A program made the translations under genes and the position numbers. This document shows positions 37,936-47,278 of a stretch of DNA of 47,278 nucleotides, one piece after another. Location of the stretch: assembly GCA_938003725.1 (NCBI GenBank), contig CALKXX010000093.1:1-47278 (forward strand), written 5' to 3'. The notes under the pieces were generated by a model, which made no database searches, had not been told where the DNA came from, and saw only the letters and a list, made by a program, of their open reading frames with translations. Each line of letters begins with the position of its first letter. The first letter of the stretch is position 1. Source of the stretch: an uncultured Sphingomonadaceae bacterium. GTDB lineage: Bacteria; Pseudomonadota; Alphaproteobacteria; Sphingomonadales; Sphingomonadaceae.

Positions 37936-39375
37936 TTAAGAGGCTGGCTCTTTTGACGCAAGGGGTACTAGCTTTCCAGGGTTCATAATGCTGTTCGGGT
38001 CGAGGGCTGATTTGATCGACCGAAGCGCGTTCATTTGGGCGTTGTTCGAAAGGCGCGCCAGTTCATCCAGCTTGTTCTGACCGATACCGTGTTCCGCAGA
38101 GATTGATCCGCCAGCTGCCATGACCAAATCATGAACCGTCGGCGTAATTATCTTTGCGTTTTCCTCCATCCATTTCTGCGGGTCTACATCATCTGGCCCT
38201 TTGACATGGAAATGGACATTGCCGTCTCCCAAATGTCCAAAGGCGGCGACCTTGGTATCTGGAAAGATACGCTCAATATCTGGTCCAGCATCGGTAATAA
38301 AATCTGCCATGCGTGATACCGGAACGCTGATATCATGCTGCAATGCAGGGCCTGAGGCGCGTTCTGCCTCTGCAATAGAGTCGCGGATTTTCCAAAACTG
38401 TTCTGCCTGCGTTTCATTTGTCCCGATAATTGCGTCATCCGCCAGCTCATTTTCAAAAGCTTCCTCTAACAGCTTCTCCATGACCTTTTGTGCAGCGGGC
38501 GCATCCGGGCAATCACGCACGATCTCAACAAGCACATTCCATTCGTGAAATTTATCCAGCGGATTTCTGGTGCCGGGTATGTGTTCCAGAACGGATTGCA
38601 GACATGATTTTGGGACGATCTCAAATCCCTCAAGCGCCCGACCTTCCTTGGCGTCCAGAAACTTTAGCATCTTATAGGCCCGCTGGGGACTGGCCAATCC
38701 CACCCAGGCTACACAGCGATCCAAAAGTGCCGGCACCGTTTTTACTGTCGCAGCTGTGACGATACCCAGCGTACCTTCGCCGCCGATCAACAATTGTTTG
38801 AGATCATATCCGCGATTGTCCTTCTTTAGCGCAGAAAGACCGTGATAGATGCTGCCATCTGGCAGAACAGCTTCCAATCCCGCCACTAAAGCCCGCATGG
38901 TGCCATGCCTCAAAACTTGGGTGCCGCCTGCATTTGTCGAAACCAATCCCCCGATGGTTGCGGAGCCTTTTCCGCCTAGCGTCAGAGGAAATCGCTGACC
39001 TTGGCGGTCGAGAGCTTCATGAAAATTTTGCAGGATGACACCGGCATCACAGATTGCCAGGCCGTCTTGTGCATCAATTTCCCGGATATTGTTCATCCGC
39101 CGCAGGGAGAGTAATATGGCCTGACCGCTTTCGTCGGGCGTAGCTCCTCCGACCATGCCGCTATTGCCGCCTTGAGGAACCAGCGTGACCTTATTCTGGT
39201 GCGCAATTTTTACAATTTCAGAGACTTGCTCGGTTGAACCAGGCGATATCATCGCGATCGCATTTCCGGTGTAGCGACCGCGCCAATCGGTCAGCCAGGG
39301 CTGCATTTCATCTGGTGAATCGGTGAAACCCTTCGTGCCCACCACCTTTTTCATCTGGCTTAGCCAATTTTTCAC
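37936..39375 (-). CDS. FAD-binding oxidoreductase (D-2-hydroxyacid dehydrogenase type)
   Basis: PQGGNSG, IGGLVSTNAGG, LKKDNRGYDLK, HDISVP, GHLGDGNVH and SAEHGIG. Confidence 0.9.
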   Translation of the reverse strand: MKNWLSQMKKVVGTKGFTDSPDEMQPWLTDWRGRYTGNAIAMISPGSTEQVSEIVKIAHQNKVTLVPQGGNSGMVGGATPDESGQAILLSLRRMNNIREIDAQDGLAICDAGVILQNFHEALDRQGQRFPLTLGGKGSATIGGLVSTNAGGTQVLRHGTMRALVAGLEAVLPDGSIYHGLSALKKDNRGYDLKQLLIGGEGTLGIVTAATVKTVPALLDRCVAWVGLASPQRAYKMLKFLDAKEGRALEGFEIVPKSCLQSVLEHIPGTRNPLDKFHEWNVLVEIVRDCPDAPAAQKVMEKLLEEAFENELADDAIIGTNETQAEQFWKIRDSIAEAERASGPALQHDISVPVSRMADFITDAGPDIERIFPDTKVAAFGHLGDGNVHFHVKGPDDVDPQKWMEENAKIITPTVHDLVMAAGGSISAEHGIGQNKLDELARLSNNAQMNALRSIKSALDPNSIMNPGKLVPLASKEPAS

Positions 39376-39540
39376 ATTACCTGCTCCGCCATTCGCAAAT
39401 GGATGTTTGGTGTCCCGGATTGTTTCTCTATCGCAACCGGATAGTGCTATTTAATATAGCCTTTTCCACCAATAGTGATAGTTCATCAGTTGTTCAATCA
39501 GGGCTGTTATAGCCCCGGGCATGGTTATCAAGGGTTTTCA

Positions 39541-40038
39541 GTGAGTCTTTCGCTCTCAGCGATGTTATTGCTAGCGGTGCCGGAGGTTTCACGACCCCCG
39601 GTATTGGCCAGCGAGTCGACTGAAGAGCAGGGCATATTCGTTCACAATATGCCGATTCAGATTGCGCAAGTACGTATTGAACGGCGGATCATCATCCGTG
39701 TTCCCCGCCGCCGGCCGGTCACCGCCAATCGCTTGGCCGATATCCAAAGGCGGTCTAAACCCACCACTTATGCTGAAAAGAAAATCGGAAAGTGCCTGCC
39801 GATGGGCAATATTTTGGGCGTGCAAATGGCCGATGGCAGAGAGCTGGATTTGCTGACCCGGGATAGAAAAAGAGTCCGGGCACGGCTGGAAAAGAAATGT
39901 CAGGCACGCAGTTTCTATTCCGGATTCTATATGGAAAAATCCGGTGACGGCAAAATATGCGCAGGTCGTGATATATTGCACAGCCGCACCGGAGCAAAAT
40001 GTGAAATCGACAGATTTCGGCAACTTGTCCCGGAATGA
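39541..40038 (+). CDS. hypothetical exported protein with 4-Cys C-terminal domain
   Basis: Signal-like N-terminus from GTG 39541 (the ORF is open from 39475); KC...KKC...KIC..RD...KC pattern. Confidence 0.65.
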   Translation: MSLSLSAMLLLAVPEVSRPPVLASESTEEQGIFVHNMPIQIAQVRIERRIIIRVPRRRPVTANRLADIQRRSKPTTYAEKKIGKCLPMGNILGVQMADGRELDLLTRDRKRVRARLEKKCQARSFYSGFYMEKSGDGKICAGRDILHSRTGAKCEIDRFRQLVPE

Positions 40039-40171
40039 ATCGGTGTTTGAAAACGCGGATTGCTTGACAAAAGCGCGATTTACCACCATCGACCGGCGCA
40101 TCAGCTGATTTAGCTTTTTCCCGCAAAAAAGGTGAAGCTATTGAAGTATTGTTGAAACTTCCGGAAAAAAT

Positions 40172-41524
40172 ATGAAATTTGCCGACCTCGGCCTGTCAGA
40201 TGAACTCCTAAAAGCCGTAACGGACGCAGGCTATGACGAGCCGACTCCAATTCAGGCGCAGGCTATTCCTCCCGTGCTAATGATGAAAGACATTATTGGT
40301 ATTGCGCAAACCGGTACCGGGAAAACCGCTAGCTTCGTGCTGCCGATGATTGATGTTCTGGCACATGGTCGCTCACGCGCGCGCATGCCGCGGTCACTTA
40401 TTCTGGAGCCAACCAGAGAGCTCGCTGCTCAGGTTGCCGAGAATTTCGAAAAATACGGTAAGAACCACAATCTGAGCATGGCATTGCTAATCGGTGGTGT
40501 ATCGATGGGTGATCAGATCAAGGATCTTGAAAAAGGTGTCGATGTTCTGATCGCAACACCCGGACGTTTGATGGACTTGTTCGAGCGTGGCCGGATATTG
40601 ATGTCGGGCTGCGAACTGCTTGTGATCGATGAGGCAGACCGGATGCTCGATATGGGCTTCATCCCCGATATTGAAGAGATTTGTTCGAAATTGCCGGCGA
40701 CACGGCAAACCATGCTTTTTTCGGCGACCATGCCGCCACCGATTAAAAAATTATCAGATCAATTTCTGAACAATCCCAAATATATTGAAGTGTCCCGGCC
40801 AGCTACGGCCAACACGTCGATTGATCAATCGCTGATCAATGTCGCGCCGAGAGCGAAGCGAAAATTATTGGTTGATATTCTTGATCATGAGGGCGTTGAT
40901 ACCGCTATTATTTTCTGCAACCGCAAGACGGAGGTTCGCGATCTTTGCCAAAGCCTTAGAAAAGACGGCTTTGATGCGGGACAAATCCATGGTGATATGG
41001 ATCAGTCTTCCCGGCTTGCAGAATTGGAACGGTTCAAGTCCGGAGAGATAAACATCCTCTGTGCTTCGGATGTTGCAGCGCGCGGTCTGGATATTAAGGG
41101 CGTTAGCCACGTCGTCAATTATGACATCCCATGGCATCCGGATGACTATATTCACCGCATAGGCCGTACCGGCCGTGCAGGGGCGACCGGCGTTGCCATC
41201 ACCTTTGTTACCAAAAGCGATTCCGAACATGTCGATAATATTCAAAAGCTGACCGGCACGAAAATACCGGTACGCAAGGACAAGGTTAGGGAAAACGTCA
41301 AGGATAAAGGCAAAACACAAAAACCGAAACAGGATCAAAGGTCCAAACAGGATCATGAACCAAGAAATACGTCATCGCCTGACGCCCCGGAAAAACCAAA
41401 GCGTGCATCGCAGCCGGCGAAGACTCCAAAACCGTCACCTGCAAAACCAAAGGTTGAGCAGGAAGAGGAAGACGGCTGGAATGGACCAGTGCCCGGTTTC
41501 CTGGACGCAAAGTTCGATCGCTAA
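40172..41524 (+). CDS. DEAD-box RNA helicase
   Basis: PTPIQ, AQTGTGKT, PTRELA, TPGR, DEAD, SAT, ARGLD and HRIGRTGR; basic disordered tail. Confidence 0.95.
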   Translation: MKFADLGLSDELLKAVTDAGYDEPTPIQAQAIPPVLMMKDIIGIAQTGTGKTASFVLPMIDVLAHGRSRARMPRSLILEPTRELAAQVAENFEKYGKNHNLSMALLIGGVSMGDQIKDLEKGVDVLIATPGRLMDLFERGRILMSGCELLVIDEADRMLDMGFIPDIEEICSKLPATRQTMLFSATMPPPIKKLSDQFLNNPKYIEVSRPATANTSIDQSLINVAPRAKRKLLVDILDHEGVDTAIIFCNRKTEVRDLCQSLRKDGFDAGQIHGDMDQSSRLAELERFKSGEINILCASDVAARGLDIKGVSHVVNYDIPWHPDDYIHRIGRTGRAGATGVAITFVTKSDSEHVDNIQKLTGTKIPVRKDKVRENVKDKGKTQKPKQDQRSKQDHEPRNTSSPDAPEKPKRASQPAKTPKPSPAKPKVEQEEEDGWNGPVPGFLDAKFDR

Positions 41525-41560
41525 ACCAGCGACAGATAACTAATCAAATGGTCTAAAAAT

Positions 41561-42163
41561 CTATGGCTGCAACGTCAGGCTGTCGAGCATCTGTGTCGCA
41601 AGCGGATCAACTTTAGCGGCCTGATCGGCAGGATAAGTGAACGATGCACTGACCATTGTACCATCCGGTTTACGTAAGATGCGCTGCATCGTCTTTTGCG
41701 CATCGGATAAGCTTCCTGAAGCGCGATAATCATCGTCCTTCACAAATTCTCCGCTGACGCCTTCACCTGCGTCTTCGAGCGCTTTAACCGCGGCTTGCAG
41801 ATCGGCATCTTCGCGGTTTTCCGTCCAGGTTACCACGAGGTTGGTGGACGTCGCTTCGTCATTGTAAACATTGCCATTATCGTCGCTAGCCCCTTCGTCA
41901 GCAACCCAGTCCGTCGGCACCATCATTGTGTAGCCGCGAAGCGCATTGGTATAGCTTGTCATGGCAACCGGTTCGGCCTGATCGGGATTACCCGCCAAAG
42001 CTTCAGCTTCATCACGTATTGCTTTGGATGCAGCATCAGCTTGCCGCGCAAGTTCTTCACTTGAAGGAACATCGCTCACAGCCTCCTGTTTGCCACATGA
42101 AGATAGTAGCAACGCGGCTGATAGCAAAGCGGCGGCTGGACGAACTGAAACCTGAAATGTCAT
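41561..42163 (-). CDS. hypothetical lipoprotein, possibly PsbP/DcrB-like fold
   Basis: Lipobox LSSC; YTNALRGYTMMVPTDW resembles the PsbP-like N-terminal pattern. Confidence 0.7.
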   Translation of the reverse strand: MTFQVSVRPAAALLSAALLLSSCGKQEAVSDVPSSEELARQADAASKAIRDEAEALAGNPDQAEPVAMTSYTNALRGYTMMVPTDWVADEGASDDNGNVYNDEATSTNLVVTWTENREDADLQAAVKALEDAGEGVSGEFVKDDDYRASGSLSDAQKTMQRILRKPDGTMVSASFTYPADQAAKVDPLATQMLDSLTLQP

Positions 42164-42247
42164 AAATATAGATTAGTGTCCCCGGACGAGAACTTCAATG
42201 GGGAAGATTTTAGGTCCTGACCCTAGAGCCAACCGTTCACGGATTTG

Positions 42248-43675
42248 CTATGCAGCGTTGTCGATTCCAAGATCGGCCAGTTTGCGATATAAAGTTGAAC
42301 GACCGATACCCAGCCGTCTTGCGACCTCCGTCATACGTCCGCGATAATGGCCAATCGCCAGGCGAATGACATCCGCTTCAATCTCTTCTAGCGGCCGTAA
42401 ATTACCGTCTTCTGCGTAGAGCGTTATTCCAATACCTTCCGGGCTGCTCAACAGATGAGGGTTCGCATCGCCGGATTGCTCGACAAAAGACGCAATTTGC
42501 GGGAATTCGTCACAGGTCAGGGCATCGCGGTCACACATCACCGCCGCGCGAAACAAAACGCTTTGAAGCTGCCGGACATTGCCGGGCCAGTTATAGCTGC
42601 GCAATAAGTTCAATGCCTCATCGGTTATGCCCAGGCTGCGTAGGCCGGGTTGGAGTGCAAGGCGTGACAGAAAATGCCGGGCCAAAGCTGGTATATCACC
42701 CGTCCGGTCCCGCAGAGGCGGGATCGTGAGCTGTACGACATTCATCTGGTAATACAGATCTTCGCGATATTGCTCTTTTTTGACTTCGCGATCCAGCGAG
42801 CGATTGGTTGCAGCGATAATCCGCACGTCGAGCTGGAAACTATTCGGGCTGCCCAGCGGTTGAATTTCCGATGATTTCAGGAAGCGTAGCAAGCGTACCT
42901 GTGTTTCGGCTGGAATCCGGTCCACCTCATCCAGAAAGATCGTGCCTCCTTCTGCCTGTTGGAGCAAACCGATTTTGCGATCAAAGGCTCCGGTAAATGC
43001 ACCTTTTTCATGGCCAAACAGAATGGAGTCGAGCAAGTTTCCGGTTATCGCCCCGCAATTTACCTTTAGCATCGGAAGTTTTGATCTGGGGCTAGCGGCA
43101 TGAATGGCATCGGCAATGACTTCCTTGCCAACCCCGCCTTCACCTTCGATCAAAACGGGGACGCGCGCTCTTGCCGCTTTCGCCGCTATGGCCAGTGCCG
43201 CGCGAAAAGCGGGAGCGGCCCCAACGATTTCCTCAAATTCCAATGGCGCAGAGATTTTTTCGGACAGAGGGCGCAGTTCGCCGCGATCCTTCGATTCTTC
43301 AACGGCGACGGCCAGGGCTTGCAGCATCTGTTCCGGTGCGACCGGCTTGATCAAATAGTCTGTTGCGCCCGCTCGCACGGCATCAACGGCCTCGGCAACC
43401 GAACCAACGGCGGTCAGCATTAATATTGGCAATGCGGGACGGCACGCTTTTAACTCAGTAATCAGCTCCGTTGCTTCGGAGCCGGGCACCCAATGGTCCA
43501 GAATGATTGCATCGAGCATCATGCCATCCTGCGTACCCAGCGTAGCGATCGCGGTTTCCGCATCCCGGGCGATGATTGTCCGAAACCCAGCGCGCGACGC
43601 CAGTGCAGTGATCAAACGGCATTGCGCCGGTTCATCGTCAATCAGCATCAGTAATTTTGTGCCGTTTTGTGCCAT
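42248..43675 (-). CDS. sigma54-dependent response regulator (REC-AAA+-Fis HTH), TacA-like
   Basis: Receiver domain, GEGGVGKE, GAFTGA, FLDEV, WPGNVRQL and LRPLEEIEADVIRLAI...EVARRLGIGRSTLYRKL. Start placed at ATG 43675. Confidence 0.9.
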   Translation of the reverse strand: MAQNGTKLLMLIDDEPAQCRLITALASRAGFRTIIARDAETAIATLGTQDGMMLDAIILDHWVPGSEATELITELKACRPALPILMLTAVGSVAEAVDAVRAGATDYLIKPVAPEQMLQALAVAVEESKDRGELRPLSEKISAPLEFEEIVGAAPAFRAALAIAAKAARARVPVLIEGEGGVGKEVIADAIHAASPRSKLPMLKVNCGAITGNLLDSILFGHEKGAFTGAFDRKIGLLQQAEGGTIFLDEVDRIPAETQVRLLRFLKSSEIQPLGSPNSFQLDVRIIAATNRSLDREVKKEQYREDLYYQMNVVQLTIPPLRDRTGDIPALARHFLSRLALQPGLRSLGITDEALNLLRSYNWPGNVRQLQSVLFRAAVMCDRDALTCDEFPQIASFVEQSGDANPHLLSSPEGIGITLYAEDGNLRPLEEIEADVIRLAIGHYRGRMTEVARRLGIGRSTLYRKLADLGIDNAA

Positions 43676-43721
43676 TTTTGTCCCGTCTGTGCCAGAATGA
43701 ACCACTTCTGTAGGCAAAAGG

Positions 43722-43738
43722 GGTAAAGACCCGATTAA
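43722..43738 (-). promoter_or_regulatory. CtrA-box-like site upstream of the TacA-like gene
   Basis: Minus strand TTAA-tcgggtc-TTTACC, one mismatch to TTAA-N7-TTAAC. Confidence 0.55.
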
Positions 43739-43843
43739 AGACCCGGCAAAAATTCTATCTAAATTGTCCGGCACTAGGGCTTGAGCGGGAAGATATATCC
43801 GGTTAGACCATTGCCAGCTTCTTAAAAAATATATGGGGAAATC

Positions 43844-43966
43844 ATGACTTCGGACAATGACATGAAAGCAGCAGAAGGCACTTATTCCGGTTTTTTGTCT
43901 TGGCTAAAAACGGGCACGATTATCACAGTTTTGGTCACCATCTTGGTTGTTATACTAATAGTTTAA
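43844..43966 (+). CDS. small membrane protein, aa3-type cytochrome c oxidase subunit IV-like
   Basis: Translated by hand: MTSDNDMKAAEGTYSGFLSWLKTGTIITVLVTILVVILIV (40 aa); GGGGA SD; TYxGF motif followed by one TM; directly upstream of pntAA. Confidence 0.75.
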   Translation: MTSDNDMKAAEGTYSGFLSWLKTGTIITVLVTILVVILIV

Positions 43967-43982
43967 CCGATTGGAATACATA

Positions 43983-45098
43983 GTGAAAATAGCGGTATTG
44001 AAGGAACTTGCCGAGGATGAAGCGCGTGTTGCCGCGACGCCGGAGACGGTAAAAAAATTCATCAAACTTGGTGCCTCAATGGCCGTAGAAAAGGGGGCAG
44101 GCGAATCTGCCTCCATTGCCGATGCCGACTATGAAGAGGCGGGCGCAACAATTGGCGCGCGCGAGGCGGTCATCAAGGACGCAGATATTGTCTTGGGCGT
44201 TCAGGGACCGGAGCCGAAATCCTTGAAGGGCCTGAAAAAAGGCGCCTGGATCGCGGCCAGCTTGAACCCTTTTGGGGAGCGAGACCGGGTTGATGCCTAT
44301 GCCAAACTAGGCGTTGAAGCGCTCGCAATGGAGTTTATGCCGCGGATCACACGCGCGCAATCGATGGATATCCTGTCATCGCAATCGAATCTGTCGGGCT
44401 ACAAGGCGGTCGTTCTGGCCGCAGCCGATTATGGCCGGGCATTTCCAATGATGATGACCGCAGCTGGCACGGTGAACGCGGCGAAATGTTTTGTTATGGG
44501 TGTCGGCGTAGCAGGGCTTCAGGCGATTGCGACTGCGCGGCGGCTGGGCGCACAGGTGAGTGCAACTGATGTTCGCCCTGAAACCGCTGAACAGATTGAG
44601 TCGCTTGGCGCCAAACCGATTTTTGATGATGACTTGGCCTCGGATGGGGAGGGCGGCTATGCTGCGGAACTGACCGACGAGCAAAAAGCAAAACAGGCGG
44701 AACTGGTGTCCGGTCATATTGCGAAACAAGACATTGTAATTACCACGGCGCTTATTCCGGGCCGTCCGGCCCCGTTGCTGGTTTCCGATGCGCAGATCGC
44801 GACAATGAAGGCCGGCAGCGTAATTGTTGACCTTGCGGCGGAACAGGGCGGCAATGTTGAAGGCGCAGTTTCCGGTGAAACGGTTGTCAAACATGGCGTT
44901 AAAATTATCGGTGCCAAAAATATGCCCGCGACCATGGCGGCGGATAGCTCGGCCCTGTTTGCCAGGAACCACTATAATTTCCTCAGCGCTTTTTGGGACG
45001 AGGAAACCGGCAAACCGGTTTTGGATGAAGAAATCGGCGATGCGATAAGACTGACCAAGGATGGTGCAGTTGTGAACGAACGCCTTCTGGCAAACTAG
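43983..45098 (+). CDS. pntAA: NAD(P) transhydrogenase alpha subunit, part 1 (dI)
   Basis: EARVAATP, PRITRAQSMDILSSQ, GVGVAGLQA and DIVITTALIPG. Confidence 0.94.
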   Translation: MKIAVLKELAEDEARVAATPETVKKFIKLGASMAVEKGAGESASIADADYEEAGATIGAREAVIKDADIVLGVQGPEPKSLKGLKKGAWIAASLNPFGERDRVDAYAKLGVEALAMEFMPRITRAQSMDILSSQSNLSGYKAVVLAAADYGRAFPMMMTAAGTVNAAKCFVMGVGVAGLQAIATARRLGAQVSATDVRPETAEQIESLGAKPIFDDDLASDGEGGYAAELTDEQKAKQAELVSGHIAKQDIVITTALIPGRPAPLLVSDAQIATMKAGSVIVDLAAEQGGNVEGAVSGETVVKHGVKIIGAKNMPATMAADSSALFARNHYNFLSAFWDEETGKPVLDEEIGDAIRLTKDGAVVNERLLAN

Positions 45099-45107
45099 GG
45101 GGTAGCT

Positions 45108-45404
45108 ATGGACTTCATTTCAACATTCTCAATTTTCGTGATGGCCTGTTTTGTGGGCTATTATGTGGTTTGGTCGGTGACGCCGGCTTTGCATACGCCG
45201 CTTATGGCCGTGACCAATGCGATCTCGTCTGTGATCATTGTGGGGGCTTTGATTGCTGCTGCAGCGGGATCGCAGGCTGACGGCGGGCAGATTGCCAAAT
45301 GGCTTGGCCTAGTCGGGGTCGTGCTGGCCAGCGTGAATATTTTTGGCGGCTTTGCCGTAACAGAGCGCATGCTTGCGATGTACAAGAAAAAGGAGCGCAA
45401 GTGA
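45108..45404 (+). CDS. pntAB: NAD(P) transhydrogenase alpha subunit, part 2
   Basis: VTPALHTPLMAVTNAISS and NIFGGFAVTERML. Confidence 0.94.
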   Translation: MDFISTFSIFVMACFVGYYVVWSVTPALHTPLMAVTNAISSVIIVGALIAAAAGSQADGGQIAKWLGLVGVVLASVNIFGGFAVTERMLAMYKKKERK

Positions 45405-46876
45405 TGCGGCATGCATTGATTGGCGTCTCCGCGCTTCTATTTTCCACTCCGGCTCTGGCAGCCTCTGGTGAAGCAGTGAACCCATGGGTTGCTCTCGCAT
45501 ATCTGATCGCCGGCGTACTTTTCATTCTCGCCTTGCGCGGATTGTCTTCGCCTGAAACCAGCCGAGCCGGGAACCGTTACGGCATGATCGGCATGTTGAT
45601 CGCTGTGGTGACGACATTGGTCACGCATGATATTGCGAGCCTTCCGGAAATCGGGGTTGCCATCGCTATTGGCGGCGGTTTTGGATTTCTGATGGCGCGC
45701 AAAATTGCCATGACCGATATGCCGCAGCTTGTGGCCGGTTTTCACTCTTTGGTTGGTATGGCCGCTGTTTTGGTTGGCGTCGCCGCTTATCTAAACCCCG
45801 GCGCTTTTGGTATTTTGGATGGTGCAGGTGAAATCCTGACGGTTAGCCGCATTGAGTTGGGATTGGGCGTGGCCATTGGTGCGATAACCTTCTCCGGTTC
45901 CGTAATCGCGTTCCTGAAACTTAACGGAAATATGTCCGGGGCGCCCATCATGTTACCGGCGCGGCATGTTATTAACCTTGGCGTATTGACGGCGATTATC
46001 GGGTTGACGGGGTATTTCTCCGTCATGCCGACCGCGGATAGCAGCACGATATTCTGGGTAATATTGGCACTGGCTTTCGCCATCGGTTTTCTCCTGATCA
46101 TCCCTATTGGCGGCGCGGATATGCCGGTCGTGGTGTCGATGCTGAACAGCTATTCGGGCTGGGCCGCTGCTGCCATGGGCTTTACGCTCGGCAACACGGC
46201 GATGATTATTACCGGCGCGTTGGTTGGCTCCTCTGGCGCTATCCTGTCGTACATCATGTGCAGGGCGATGAACCGGTCCTTTATATCCGTGATTGCAGGA
46301 GGTTTTGGAGCGGAAAGCGGCCCTGCCGATGGTGCAGAGAAAATTGACCGCCCATGGAAACGCGGCAGCGCCGAAGACGCAGCTTATATGATGAAGCAGG
46401 CCGAAAACATCATCATCATTCCGGGCTATGGCATGGCGGTGGCACAGGCTCAGCATGCCTTGCGCGAAATGGCCGATCTGCTGGAAGAGGAAGGGGTAAA
46501 TGTGAAATTTGCTATCCACCCGGTCGCTGGCCGTATGCCGGGACACATGAACGTGCTGCTCGCAGAGGCCAGCGTGGACTATGACAAAGTGTTTGAGCTG
46601 GAAGACATTAATAGCGAGTTTGCACAAGCGGATGTTGCCTTCATTATCGGCGCAAATGACGTCGTGAACCCCGCTGCGAAAACCGACAAATCCTCTCCGA
46701 TTTATGGCATGCCGGTATTTGATGTCGACAAAGCCAAGCAGGTGTTTTTCATCAAGCGCTCGATGGGCGGGGTTGGCTATGCCGGTGTGGATAATGAGGT
46801 CTTCTATATGGACCAGACAATGATGTTACTTTCCGATGCAAAGAAAATGTGCGAGGAAATCGTAAAGGCTCTGTGA
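45404..46876 (+). CDS. pntB: NAD(P) transhydrogenase beta subunit
   Basis: MPQLVAGFHS, GGADMPVV, NSYSGWA, PGYGMAVAQAQ, HPVAGRMPGHMNVLL and GANDVVNP. Confidence 0.95.
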   Translation: MRHALIGVSALLFSTPALAASGEAVNPWVALAYLIAGVLFILALRGLSSPETSRAGNRYGMIGMLIAVVTTLVTHDIASLPEIGVAIAIGGGFGFLMARKIAMTDMPQLVAGFHSLVGMAAVLVGVAAYLNPGAFGILDGAGEILTVSRIELGLGVAIGAITFSGSVIAFLKLNGNMSGAPIMLPARHVINLGVLTAIIGLTGYFSVMPTADSSTIFWVILALAFAIGFLLIIPIGGADMPVVVSMLNSYSGWAAAAMGFTLGNTAMIITGALVGSSGAILSYIMCRAMNRSFISVIAGGFGAESGPADGAEKIDRPWKRGSAEDAAYMMKQAENIIIIPGYGMAVAQAQHALREMADLLEEEGVNVKFAIHPVAGRMPGHMNVLLAEASVDYDKVFELEDINSEFAQADVAFIIGANDVVNPAAKTDKSSPIYGMPVFDVDKAKQVFFIKRSMGGVGYAGVDNEVFYMDQTMMLLSDAKKMCEEIVKAL

Positions 46877-46933
46877 TAAGGGTGTGAGGGCGTTTTCAGA
46901 TTCTTGGGGGCGAACTTTCAAGGGCAGCAAACT

Positions 46934-47278
46934 ATGCGTAAAATCGGTCTGATTGGCGGCATGTCATGGGTCTCTACGGAGAGTTACTATCGCCGGATCA
47001 ACGGCGAGGTACAGCGTAAGCTTGGCGGATTTGCCAGCGCGCATATGCTGATCGAAAGCGTCAATTTCAATGACTATGCACGGCTGCAATCCGACGATGA
47101 CTGGGATGCCGCCGCGGGCCTGATGACGCGTTCGGCAAAGCGGTTGGAACAGTCGGGTGCCACCGCTATCCTTATCTGTTCGAACGCGATGCACAAAATA
47201 TATGATCAGATCGCGCCCGAAGTGGGTGTGCCGATCTTGCATATTGCGGATTGTGTCGGTGACAAGATGATTGCCGAT
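46934..47278 (+). CDS. aspartate/glutamate racemase family protein (truncated by window end)
   Basis: MRKIGLIGGMSWVSTESYYRRIN...ILICSNAMH...PILHIAD; the frame is open to the window edge. Confidence 0.88.
   Translation, partial: MRKIGLIGGMSWVSTESYYRRINGEVQRKLGGFASAHMLIESVNFNDYARLQSDDDWDAAAGLMTRSAKRLEQSGATAILICSNAMHKIYDQIAPEVGVPILHIADCVGDKMIAD

Overview
Core chromosomal segment of an alphaproteobacterium; gene content and protein signatures point to Sphingomonadales (inference). It carries housekeeping blocks: cobB, moeB-dut-coaBC-ubiB-ubiE, mutM-rpsT, dnaA, tlpA/argH-lipoprotein-lysA, tlyA, mscS, a thiolase, rpmF-plsX-fabH, cpdR, sapC, a DEAD-box helicase, a TacA-like sigma54 activator, pntAA-pntAB-pntB and a racemase cut by the window end. 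It also has two tRNA-Val genes, an exosortase-A-associated glycosylation locus and a suhB-like sRNA. No transposase, integrase, phage structural gene, rRNA or CRISPR array was found. The most interesting unexplained structures are: (1) an orphan lambda-like CI/Cro switch at 28.1-29.4 kb with three evenly spaced TAGG-N6-CCTA sites, back-to-back promoters, an apparently leaderless repressor and one unknown downstream gene; (2) an unannotated ~180-nt minus-strand unit at 17.4-17.6 kb encoding a 19-aa ORF behind a 15-nt perfect complement of the 16S rRNA 3' tail; (3) dnaA inverted relative to rpsT, with a long structured leader; (4) a membrane-anchored disordered protein with a strong internal RBS just after its last TM segment; (5) recurring CtrA-like and GTTCA-N6-GTTCA boxes.
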